A stretch of DNA of 33,026 bases from a virus (lineage: Duplodnaviria; Caudoviricetes), in IMG/VR virus record IMGVR_UViG_3300043620_000029, positions 1-33,026 of that record, one strand, 5' to 3'. This document shows positions 1 through 7,292 of the stretch, in pieces. The position numbers were made by a program, and so were the translations under genes. Positions within the stretch are counted from its first letter, which is position 1; each line of letters starts with the position of its first letter. The notes beneath the pieces are model-generated. The model ran no database searches, had not been told where the DNA came from, and saw nothing but the letters and a program-made list of their open reading frames with translations.

Positions 1-372
1 CTTTTCAGGTAATTTCGGGGGGGTCCCTCCCCGTTCTTCGGGGGTCCCCGAAATTCGGGGGGGGTAGGGATTATTTGACTCATCCACATCCAATCCATAT
101 GTTGTTTTCTGTTTTCCTGGGTTTCCTGTAACTTCTTTCGTTATGAAGTTTTTTTCCAACAAGGAATCAATAGAAGCTGAAACAGTGGAGTCAGAAAGCC
201 CCGTATATTTTTGAAGTTGACTTAAACTGATTTCATCTTTTTTCTTATGCCAGCCAAAGGTTTTTCTAATTATTACTAATAATACTTTTAATTCACCTTC
301 TTTTAGACGTGGAAGCCATTCTTCGAAAAGATCGTTAGGTGTTTGTGTATGGTTTGGTGGTGGTATTTTCAT
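1..372 (-). CDS. Phage replication initiator, lambda O-like N-terminal winged HTH (partial, runs off left edge)
   Basis: Not in ORF track. My translation from ATG at 372 gives MKIPPPNHTQTPNDLFEEWLPRLKEGELKVLLVIIRKTFGWHKKKDEISLSQLQKYTGLSDSTVSASIDSLLEKNFI..., open to base 1. The T-x-x-PN and IIRKTFGW..K.D.IS.SQ motifs are typical of Phage_rep_O proteins. RBS-like AAGGA upstream. Confidence 0.8.
   Translation of the reverse strand, partial: MKIPPPNHTQTPNDLFEEWLPRLKEGELKVLLVIIRKTFGWHKKKDEISLSQLQKYTGLSDSTVSASIDSLLEKNFITKEVTGNPGKQKTTYGLDVDESNNPYPPRISGTPEERGGTPPKLPEK
13..65. repeat. Three TTC(G5-8)T repeats inside the rep gene, candidate iterons/origin
   Basis: TTCG7T at 14-24, TTCG5T at 37-45, TTCG8T at 54-65. 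CCCCGAA-A-TTCGGGG palindrome at 46-60. GC-rich patch in an AT-rich genome, located just after the HTH-coding region. Confidence 0.45.
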
Positions 373-421
373 GTGTTCCTTTCCCCGGTAAGAGAAAGAT
401 GAGCGGCGAAGAACATTGTTG

Positions 422-450
422 TTGTTCTAAAATCGGATGACTGGTATAAA
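422..450 (+). promoter_or_regulatory. Sigma70/sigma66-type promoter, antisense to rep leader
   Basis: TTGTTC (422-427), 17 nt, TATAAA (445-450), with extended -10 TG at 442-443. Confidence 0.55.
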
Positions 451-456
451 CTCAGT

Positions 457-560
457 CATGATCTGCACGATCATCTTTCATTTAGTCCTTTGGCTCGGGG
501 GAGCAAAAGAACGTAATTCTTAAAGACCCCTAGACTCTCGTGGTCTAGGGGTTTTGTTTT
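457..560 (+). ncRNA. Putative ~100-nt counter-transcribed antisense RNA with three stem-loops
   Basis: Lies between the promoter at 422-450 and the terminator at 526-560. Hairpins ATGATC/GATCAT (458-474) and CTTTgGCTC-GGGG-GAGCaAAAG (488-509). No convincing ORF. Confidence 0.45.
526..560 (+). terminator. Intrinsic terminator
   Basis: Perfect 10-bp stem ACCCCTAGAC/GTCTAGGGGT (526-552), 7-nt loop, followed by TTTGTTTT. Confidence 0.7.
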
Positions 561-580
561 GTGTGCACAAATTATCAAAT

Positions 581-868
581 CTACACATTTATGTCACTGA
601 GATGCTTGTTTAAACAAATGACTTGACTATCATTGTTGCACCCTAAAAGCATAATTCCTAGAGAGGTTTTCCCAACTTCTGTAGTCATTAAGAATCCTTC
701 TTCTTCAAGCATACTAAATCGAGCATCGAACTGAGATGATGGCTTGTTCGGCTTCATTTTATTCGTCTGAAGCGTGCATAAATAGCACCAAAACGAGGCT
801 ACAGTTGTGTTTTTCTTAGCCAAGTAGTGAAAACAGTCATCGCAAATGAGCATTTTCCCCTTTATCAT
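581..868 (-). CDS. Hypothetical Cys-containing protein (95 aa)
   Basis: ORF track. Co-oriented with cro-like and rep genes. AAGGCGG RBS-like sequence upstream. CxxC near N-terminus. Confidence 0.6.
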   Translation of the reverse strand: MIKGKMLICDDCFHYLAKKNTTVASFWCYLCTLQTNKMKPNKPSSQFDARFSMLEEEGFLMTTEVGKTSLGIMLLGCNNDSQVICLNKHLSDINV

Positions 869-946
869 AGAAACCGCCTTTTAAAATAATATTACTATTT
901 TTATAACACTTTTTTAGAGAAACCTTTTTTTGGTTCCTTAAAATTC

Positions 947-975
947 AAATTAGTATTATTAATGTATTATTTCAA
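947..975 (-). promoter_or_regulatory. Putative leftward promoter containing two GTATTATT direct repeats
   Basis: Minus strand TTGAAA-N17-TAATTT. GTATTATT at 953-960 and 964-971 (11 bp apart). Confidence 0.35.
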
Positions 976-1065
976 CAGGTGGTTTTTATGTATGATGTCT
1001 TGAAAGAAATCTTTGCGGATAAGAATGTTAGACGCTCGGTTTACAGTTTTCTCTTTTTCTTCTCA

Positions 1066-1305
1066 TCATTGCTCATTATGCTCCTTGTCTTCTCCTTCTG
1101 ATTTCTTCCAGTCGATTTTAGGAATTGTTTGTTTTGAAGATTTGCTTACAGATTTGATGTATTTGTCGACAGCTTTGATAAACTGTTTGCTTGGTTTTCT
1201 ACGACCTTTGAGAATCATATTTAGGTAGTTGTGACAATAATTTATCTTTGAGGCAAAGAATATTTGAGAAATTCCGTTTTCGGCTAGGTACTCAGAAAGT
1301 TTCAT
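1066..1305 (-). CDS. Cro/XRE-like HTH transcriptional regulator
   Basis: MKLSEYLAENGISQIFFASKINYCHNYLNMILKGRRKPS is a typical Cro-like HTH pattern. First gene of the leftward early operon. Confidence 0.8.
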   Translation of the reverse strand: MKLSEYLAENGISQIFFASKINYCHNYLNMILKGRRKPSKQFIKAVDKYIKSVSKSSKQTIPKIDWKKSEGEDKEHNEQ

Positions 1306-1323
1306 TTTTATCTCACTTTTTTC

Positions 1324-1391
1324 TTGCTTAAAATATTCACTTTTTTTAATATAGTGCTATAAAAATACAACAACATACGTGTTTTTGTCAA
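1324..1391. promoter_or_regulatory. Early control region with two opposed promoters
   Basis: Plus strand TTGCTT(1324-1329)-N17-TAATAT(1347-1352). Minus strand TTGACA(1391-1386)-N18-TATTTT(1367-1362). Confidence 0.45.
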
Positions 1392-1419
1392 GAAAATGTC
1401 GAGACTTAGGAGTAAGAAA

Positions 1420-1569
1420 ATGATACCTAGCCCTTTAGATTTACACTGGGAAGAAACAGATGAGTTCATGAAGGTAAAAGAGGAACAAGATTACATCTGC
1501 GACTATATGCATCGTCTGTTAAATTTATCTCTGTTTCCAAACAGCTCTATTTACGCGGATTTTGAATGA
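1420..1569 (+). CDS. Small acidic hypothetical protein (49 aa)
   Basis: My translation MIPSPLDLHWEETDEFMKVKEEQDYICDYMHRLLNLSLFPNSSIYADFE. AGGAG RBS. Stop overlaps next ATG (ATGA). Confidence 0.6.
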   Translation: MIPSPLDLHWEETDEFMKVKEEQDYICDYMHRLLNLSLFPNSSIYADFE

Positions 1570-2123
1570 AAGAAGGTTACACAAGAATTACGAAAGTGTT
1601 GTCTCCTTTCACGGGATACAAGTCAATTCCTCAAGAAATCTTAAGAGCTAAGGCTGATATAGGCACAAGAGCTCACGAAGTTATTCGTGGTTTTTTGCTA
1701 ACTGGCGGCCTCTGGGATGTCGATGAAGACGTTAAAGGGTATGTTGAGTCAATGAAGAGGTTTTGGGGGCAAGGATACCCCATTAAAGATGTCGAAAATA
1801 GATTGTATTGTGAAGAGCATCTTTTGACGGGAGAGCCAGACCTTCTGTTTGAAGGCCCAAAAGGCCTCACGCTCTTGGATTGGAAGACATCGGTGAAGGA
1901 AAATGCTACATGGAAGTTACAAGCTTCAGGATATGCGCATCTTTGCAAGCAGAATGGACACGAAATTAAGGATATTTGGTTTATCAAACTAGATAAGCTC
2001 GGGAAGGAGCCCGAAATTTTTAAATACAAAAAAGATATTCCGCTTTTTATGAAATGTCTTGAAATTTATAAGATGTTTTTTAATAAAGAGGAGAATCTAG
2101 TTATTGAAGAGTTGATAGAATAA
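1566..2123 (+). CDS. PD-(D/E)XK exonuclease (phage recombination nuclease)
   Basis: RIT.VL, GT.AH, E, G..D, LLDWKTS and LQ.SGY motifs. Adjacent to ERF gene. Confidence 0.85.
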   Translation: MKEGYTRITKVLSPFTGYKSIPQEILRAKADIGTRAHEVIRGFLLTGGLWDVDEDVKGYVESMKRFWGQGYPIKDVENRLYCEEHLLTGEPDLLFEGPKGLTLLDWKTSVKENATWKLQASGYAHLCKQNGHEIKDIWFIKLDKLGKEPEIFKYKKDIPLFMKCLEIYKMFFNKEENLVIEELIE

Positions 2124-2156
2124 AAAAGACCAATAACTTTTTTAAGGTTATCGGTC
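2122..2156 (-). terminator. Intrinsic terminator on minus strand
   Basis: Minus strand GACCGATAAC-loop-GTTATTGGTC (one G-U pair, formed only on this strand) followed by TTTTTT. Confidence 0.6.
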
Positions 2157-2184
2157 GGGTGTCGTAGGGAAATACAACATCCTC

Positions 2185-2213
2185 ATTATAAGAAATAAAT
2201 TAAATAAAGACAA
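2185..2213 (-). promoter_or_regulatory. Near-consensus promoter, antisense to the nuclease-ERF operon
   Basis: Minus strand TTGTCT(2213-2208)-N17-TATAAT(2190-2185). Confidence 0.6.
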
Positions 2214-2221
2214 GAGGATTT

Positions 2222-2980
2222 ATGGAATCAGAAGGATTATTAGATTGTATTAAAAATGAAAAGATAACCACCAGCAAAGAGTTAGGTGAGTTATTTGGAG
2301 CACTAGCCAAGGCACAAGGTGCTATGTCTGCTGCTGCAAAGGATAGTACTAATCCATTCTTTAATAGCAAATACGCGGATTTAAGTAGCGTGTGGAATGC
2401 ATGCCGAGAAGCGACTAGCCAAAACGGGTTATGTGTTGTTCAGACGACAGGAACAGAAAATAACGAGCTATGCTTAATCACAACACTTGGTCATTCTAGC
2501 GGCCAATGGGTGCGTTCTAGTATCCCAATCAAAGTAAAGATACCTGAACCCCCAGAAGTGGATAAATATGGAAAAACAAAGAAGGTTAATGAACTTCAAT
2601 TGCTTGGTTCTTATTTCACATATTTGAGACGATACACTCTTTCTGCAATTGTTGGTGTTGCTCCTGATGAAGATGATGATGGAAATAAAGGACAGAAAAA
2701 AGAGATTTCTAATCCTATTCCTGAAGCTGGAATAGCTTATGCAGAGCCATGGAAATTAGAGGCTAAGCTTTTAAGTAAAGGTAAGATAGAAGAAGCATTA
2801 AGTGCATATCCAGATAAGCAATTGGTAGAAGAATACCTAACATTTTTGGTTAAAAACTACGAATTGACGTATAAAGAATGGATATATAAGATGATAGATA
2901 AGCCGAAAGACTTTTCTAAGAATATGCTAGAGTGGGAATTAAAAAACAGATCCGCTTTAAACTTGGAGAAAAGTGCTTAA
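2222..2980 (+). CDS. erf: ERF-family ssDNA annealing protein
   Basis: ALAKAQ, KDSTNPFFNSKYADL, TTLGHSSGQW, GSYFTYLRRY.L.AIVGVA.DEDDDGN match the ERF signature. Confidence 0.9.
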   Translation: MESEGLLDCIKNEKITTSKELGELFGALAKAQGAMSAAAKDSTNPFFNSKYADLSSVWNACREATSQNGLCVVQTTGTENNELCLITTLGHSSGQWVRSSIPIKVKIPEPPEVDKYGKTKKVNELQLLGSYFTYLRRYTLSAIVGVAPDEDDDGNKGQKKEISNPIPEAGIAYAEPWKLEAKLLSKGKIEEALSAYPDKQLVEEYLTFLVKNYELTYKEWIYKMIDKPKDFSKNMLEWELKNRSALNLEKSA

Positions 2981-3209
2981 TATGGAACAACAATCTATGG
3001 ATATCTCAGCTTTAGTAACAATACTTGGTGTATTTATTGCGAACGCCAGCATGATTATACCTCTTTTTCTCTGGGTTCGTTCAGAATCCAGAGCTGATGA
3101 GAGACATACAGATGCTAAATTAGAGTCGACAAGAGAACTTGTTAGAGCAATTTACCAAGAAAGTAAAGACTTTCATGCTCAATTGATAGAACTTAAGAAA
3201 AAACAATAA
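2973..3209 (+). CDS. Small membrane-anchored coiled-coil protein
   Basis: One N-terminal hydrophobic segment (ISALVTILGVFIANASMIIPLFLW) then a charged helical tail. Start could be 2973, 2982 or 2997. Confidence 0.7.
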   Translation: MLNMEQQSMDISALVTILGVFIANASMIIPLFLWVRSESRADERHTDAKLESTRELVRAIYQESKDFHAQLIELKKKQ

Positions 3210-3221
3210 GAAGAAAAAATC

Positions 3222-3458
3222 ATGGATTGGGCACAAGTAGGTACGATAGTCGGAATAAATATAGCGCTCATTGGAGCGCTAGCAACTTTAATAATTTGGG
3301 TTGTAAGTAAGCTTGATATCGATCTGAAGAGATTAGATACCGATTTAAAAGGATTATCAAATCGGATGGATTCGATCAATAATCGAATGGATGGACATGC
3401 ACAAAGAATAGATCAAGTTTATGGAATTATTTTAGAAATGCTTAGAGATAAAAAATAA
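3222..3458 (+). CDS. Small membrane-anchored coiled-coil protein
   Basis: MDWAQV-TM followed by heptad-like LD.DLK / NRMD repeats. Confidence 0.75.
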   Translation: MDWAQVGTIVGINIALIGALATLIIWVVSKLDIDLKRLDTDLKGLSNRMDSINNRMDGHAQRIDQVYGIILEMLRDKK

Positions 3459-3605
3459 CTATTTCTTTTTAGGAATTTTAGCTCCGGATTTTCTGGCTTG
3501 ATTCAAAGAGGCTGCTATAGCTTGTTTTTTTGGATAGCCAGAAGATTCCATTTCAGCTATATTTTTACCGATCGTTTTTTTGCTTTTTCCTTTCGCTAGT
3601 GGCAT
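3459..3605 (-). CDS. Small basic phage protein (48 aa)
   Basis: My translation MPLAKGKSKKTIGKNIAEMESSGYPKKQAIAASLNQARKSGAKIPKKK. Resembles the common phage MPLKKGKS..I..NI...QA.A family. AGGT RBS. Confidence 0.7.
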   Translation of the reverse strand: MPLAKGKSKKTIGKNIAEMESSGYPKKQAIAASLNQARKSGAKIPKKK

Positions 3606-3612
3606 AAATTAC

Positions 3613-3771
3613 CTATAAAAGTTTTGCTGGGATTGAGAGAACTGGATCGACCTTTGCATCTGCTGATTGTTGTTCATCTACTACATCGGAAGAATGACCT
3701 TCTGTCGCGATGTTGTTAAAACTCAATGAACAACCAGAAAATAAAATACAAAATATCAAACATTTGTACAT
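3613..3771 (-). CDS. Small putative lipoprotein (52 aa)
   Basis: My translation MYKCLIFCILFSGC-SLSFNNIATEGHSSDVVDEQQSADAKVDPVLSIPAKLL. Lipobox-like FSGC. Start overlaps upstream stop (TAATG). Confidence 0.6.
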   Translation of the reverse strand: MYKCLIFCILFSGCSLSFNNIATEGHSSDVVDEQQSADAKVDPVLSIPAKLL

Positions 3772-3902
3772 TAGCATTTTCCTTTCATTTTTTTAGCTTT
3801 ATCGATAATTTTATCGTTTTTCTTATCAGCCTTTAGTAAGCTTTTTGTGTCTTTCACTATAGATTTCTCTTTTTTTTCTAGAGCTTTGATTTTTTTATCC
3901 AT
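3771..3902 (-). CDS. Small Lys-rich protein (43 aa)
   Basis: My translation MDKKIKALEKKEKSIVKDTKSLLKADKKNDKIIDKAKKMKGKC. Fills the gap in a tightly packed operon. Confidence 0.55.
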   Translation of the reverse strand: MDKKIKALEKKEKSIVKDTKSLLKADKKNDKIIDKAKKMKGKC

Positions 3903-3922
3903 ATTCTTTCACCATTTAATCA

Positions 3923-5026
3923 TTAAAAATATTCTATAATAATAGCTCTTCCTGATTGACCGTTACCACCAGCGCCAGAATTGGCTACAGCATCAATACC
4001 GCCGCCTCCACCGCCACCACCACTAGAAAGTCCCCCACCATCGCCACCTCTACCACCAGCAGTTGCGCCGTTAGCTCCAACAGAATATCCGCCGCCTCCA
4101 CCGCCACCAGTGCCTCCAGATATATAGCCACCAGAAGATAAACCAGCATTTCCATTACTGCCTGCTATACCAGTTGATTCTAAACCGCCAGCGCCACCAG
4201 CAATTAATGTTGCTTGTGCCCCATTTAAATTAGCACCCCCATTTCCACCAACTCGCTGAGTAACAGAATTTGAACCACCACCACCACCGCCACCAGCTCC
4301 ACCAAAAGGAGGAATCGTAGGGCTAGTGTTTAAACCACCAGCTGAACTACCAACTGTTCCAACAGTAAGTGATCCATTACCTCCTTGGACAACAGAGTTA
4401 AAGTATGAAAAACCCCCAGAAACACCTGTAACAGTTGCTGTATTAGAGGTAGATCCACCAAGACCACCTGGAGCTGTTCCTGTTGAAATACTTGAAAAAG
4501 TTGTAGCTCCTCCGGGATTTCCAGGATTTCCATCAGTAGCATTTGTTGTTTGAGCAGCACCACCAGTTCCAGCTGCTCCAATGACTATATTTTCTGTAGC
4601 ACCAAAATAAATAGATGGGCTTTTAAAATATAAAAATCCACCACCTGCACCACCACCACCACCACTTGCTGCAGCTGATGTTCCTTTCCTTCCAGAACCA
4701 CCGCCTCCACCGCCTCCCCAGAGATAGCATTCGACAATTTGAGATCGTGGATCTTTTGTCCAAACGGCTGGACTGTCAGCTAATAAATATGTTGTAATTT
4801 TAATCGTAGAAGAAGTAGATAAGTTAATAGTGCCACTTCCATTTGTAATTGTAATGCTATTATTTGAAGAAGTTAAAAAACCTTTCTTTATATGCGGCAA
4901 TGCGTTACTTCCAATCAATAACTGTCCATCTAATGTAATCGTACCATTACGTTGAGTTCCATCAAAACTTACATTGTCTGCGAAAACAACAGATTCCTGT
5001 CCACCAACACTGCTAAAACCAGGCAT
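3923..5026 (-). CDS. Glycine-rich tail fibre/receptor-binding protein, paralogue 2
   Basis: WGGGGGGGSG, GGGGGAGG and terminal G.G..G..II.EYF pattern of phage Gly-rich domains. Same N-terminus as 5049-6149. Confidence 0.75.
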   Translation of the reverse strand: MPGFSSVGGQESVVFADNVSFDGTQRNGTITLDGQLLIGSNALPHIKKGFLTSSNNSITITNGSGTINLSTSSTIKITTYLLADSPAVWTKDPRSQIVECYLWGGGGGGGSGRKGTSAAASGGGGGAGGGFLYFKSPSIYFGATENIVIGAAGTGGAAQTTNATDGNPGNPGGATTFSSISTGTAPGGLGGSTSNTATVTGVSGGFSYFNSVVQGGNGSLTVGTVGSSAGGLNTSPTIPPFGGAGGGGGGGSNSVTQRVGGNGGANLNGAQATLIAGGAGGLESTGIAGSNGNAGLSSGGYISGGTGGGGGGGYSVGANGATAGGRGGDGGGLSSGGGGGGGGIDAVANSGAGGNGQSGRAIIIEYF

Positions 5027-5048
5027 ATTTAAAACCTAAATTTATCAT

Positions 5049-6149
5049 TTAAAAATATTCAACAACTATAATCATTCCATTTGCACCATTACCACCGGCG
5101 CCAGAATTGGCTACAGCATCAATACCGCCACCGCCACCGCCGCCACCGCCGCCAGGAACAATTCCATTACCGCCATTTCCTCCTGTTGTGGCACCATTAG
5201 CTCCAACAGAATATCCGCCGCCTCCACCGCCACCAGTGCCTCCAGAAAACAACCCTCCAGCTGAAAGGGGTGGATTACCATTACCACCATTAATCCCTGT
5301 GGATTCTAAACCTCCAAGGCCACCAGCAATTATTGTTGTATTACCCAAATCTGTATTGTTACCAGCATTACCACCAGCTCGTTGAGTAACAGAATTTGCG
5401 CCTCCACCGGCTCCTCCAGGAGTAGCTCCGATTTGTGCCCTTCCTGACGAACCGCCAATAGAATCTCCAACTGCACCAGCCACAATTTGTCCATTACCAC
5501 CCGTTCCACCACTAACCGCTGCAGTAATATAAGCACTCGACAAAACACCAGCACCACCAACTACAGCAGAAGTAGAACCAGCAGGACCGCCATTTCCTCC
5601 TAAAGCTTTAATAAATCCAAATGTAGTATTATTTCCTGGATTTCCTACATTACCATTAGTCGCATTGGTTGTTTGTGAAAGTCCACCAGAATTGCCAGTA
5701 CCGACAGTAAAGTTTTCCGTATTATTAAAATAAGAAGAGGGTCCTTTATAATATGCCCATCCACCACAAGCTCCACCACTTCCTCCTCCAGCTGCAGCTG
5801 ATGTTCCTTTCCTTCCAGAACCACCGCCTCCACCGCCTCCCCACGCAAAAACTTCAACAACTTTTGTTCTAGGATCTTTTGTCCATGTTCCTGGACTGTC
5901 AACTACATTGTATGTTGTAGTTTTAATTGTAGAGTTTGTAGCTATATTAATAGTTCCGCTACCATTTGTAACTGTTACACTATTATCAGAAGAAGTTAAA
6001 AATCCTTTCTTAATATGAGGAGATGCACCACTTCCGATTAACAACTGACCATCTGCTGAAACTGCACCATTACGTTGAGTTCCATCAAAGCTTACATTGT
6101 CTGCAAAAACGATAGATTCTTGTCCACCAACACTGCTAAAACCAGGCAT
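5049..6149 (-). CDS. Glycine-rich tail fibre/receptor-binding protein, paralogue 1
   Basis: Same architecture as 3923-5026 and aligned with it end to end. Confidence 0.75.
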   Translation of the reverse strand: MPGFSSVGGQESIVFADNVSFDGTQRNGAVSADGQLLIGSGASPHIKKGFLTSSDNSVTVTNGSGTINIATNSTIKTTTYNVVDSPGTWTKDPRTKVVEVFAWGGGGGGGSGRKGTSAAAGGGSGGACGGWAYYKGPSSYFNNTENFTVGTGNSGGLSQTTNATNGNVGNPGNNTTFGFIKALGGNGGPAGSTSAVVGGAGVLSSAYITAAVSGGTGGNGQIVAGAVGDSIGGSSGRAQIGATPGGAGGGANSVTQRAGGNAGNNTDLGNTTIIAGGLGGLESTGINGGNGNPPLSAGGLFSGGTGGGGGGGYSVGANGATTGGNGGNGIVPGGGGGGGGGGIDAVANSGAGGNGANGMIIVVEYF

Positions 6150-6150
6150 C

Positions 6151-6669
6151 CTATGTTACCTTTGTAAATAGAGTTTGTTCATGCCAATTAATTGTTGTGC
6201 CTGCTAATCCAGTCACTGTAACAATGATATTATTTCCAGAGACTCCAAGTACAGCATCAGCTGGTGCAAATGCAGCATCTTCAAAAGGATCTAATTCAGC
6301 TATACTAATTAAAGTTGCGGTAACTCCATCAGTTCTTGCAGCTGTAGAAGTCGTATAGCCGGCTCCTTTTCCTAAAGCAGGAGCAAAAGCTGCAATTCTC
6401 ATTGAAAAAGTAAAAACAGCAGGTGTTGATCCAAGATTAAAACAAGTAATAACTGTAGGAGTTGCATCAGTTGTAGTAATAGATTGGTTACAATCATATG
6501 AAAAGTTAATTGTAACGGTATTTCCTGATCCCGTAGTTCCAATATTACTTCCACCAAAGATATTGAGAACATCAGCGACTGGAACAGCAACACCACTATC
6601 TGTTTGAAAGCTAGTAGGAACTGTTGGCGGTAAACCGCCTGCTGAAAGACCTGCCCAAAATTGACTCAT
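6151..6669 (-). CDS. Putative virion/tail accessory protein
   Basis: T/G/A/V-rich beta-type composition. Position among fibre genes. Confidence 0.6.
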   Translation of the reverse strand: MSQFWAGLSAGGLPPTVPTSFQTDSGVAVPVADVLNIFGGSNIGTTGSGNTVTINFSYDCNQSITTTDATPTVITCFNLGSTPAVFTFSMRIAAFAPALGKGAGYTTSTAARTDGVTATLISIAELDPFEDAAFAPADAVLGVSGNNIIVTVTGLAGTTINWHEQTLFTKVT

Positions 6670-6690
6670 GATTTAAACCTTTTTTTATTA

Positions 6691-7032
6691 TTATCTATAG
6701 CCGATCATTTGAAGAAAGGTTGGAGCTTCCGCAGTCTTACCCCACAAAACTTGTCCCTTTCTAACATATAATGTTCCTGCACCATTCGAAGAATTATCGG
6801 CATGACCTGCTTGAAAATCCACAATCAATGTACCTAATGGAGGTATAAAATCATGATTGTTCACGCCATCTAGACTGATATCAATTGAAATAGTTGTGCT
6901 TCCATTATAGAGCTTAAAAATCTTCACATCATCTGAAAAACCAGATCCATTCATTGCCTGATAAGTGCCTGTTAATGATGCTGGATTGAAAACAGATTTT
7001 ATAACACATTGAACTGAGCTTAATTCAGCCAT
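6691..7032 (-). CDS. Putative virion protein (beta-sandwich-like, 113 aa)
   Basis: Start re-called at MAELSS (7032), after a GGAG RBS and just downstream of the stop of 7037-7225. Confidence 0.65.
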   Translation of the reverse strand: MAELSSVQCVIKSVFNPASLTGTYQAMNGSGFSDDVKIFKLYNGSTTISIDISLDGVNNHDFIPPLGTLIVDFQAGHADNSSNGAGTLYVRKGQVLWGKTAEAPTFLQMIGYR

Positions 7033-7036
7033 TTTT

Positions 7037-7225
7037 TTACTCCTGAGGGACTTCCTCTTCTTGTTTTTTTTCTGCTTCTTCATGTTCTTTGATGCGATTC
7101 AAAACAAAAGTTCTCAAAGCGCAGCTATAGTCATAAATTTCACCCAATGGGCAATCTACATCGCAAACGATGTGACATTTATCATAATCTTTTAATGTTA
7201 AGTGTATTTTGTTTGATATTTCCAT
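7037..7225 (-). CDS. Hypothetical protein (62 aa)
   Basis: ORF track. In operon context with GGGA RBS. Confidence 0.6.
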   Translation of the reverse strand: MEISNKIHLTLKDYDKCHIVCDVDCPLGEIYDYSCALRTFVLNRIKEHEEAEKKQEEEVPQE

Positions 7226-7245
7226 AATAATCCCGTGTTTTGATT

Positions 7246-7277
7246 AACCTTATGGTATTTTTACGTACCACAAGGTT
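7246..7277 (-). other. Intergenic stem-loop after the 778-aa fibre gene
   Basis: Minus strand AACCTTGTGGTA-N8-TACCATAAGGTT, 12-bp stem with one G-U pair. No U tract, so it may be a stabiliser or processing site. Confidence 0.5.
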
Positions 7278-7292
7278 GTTATGAGTTAACTA

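Noticed and set aside
3923-6149. Diversity-generating retroelement explanation for the paralogous fibre genes
   Set aside because: No reverse transcriptase in the window, both copies are full genes, and differences are not confined to adenines.
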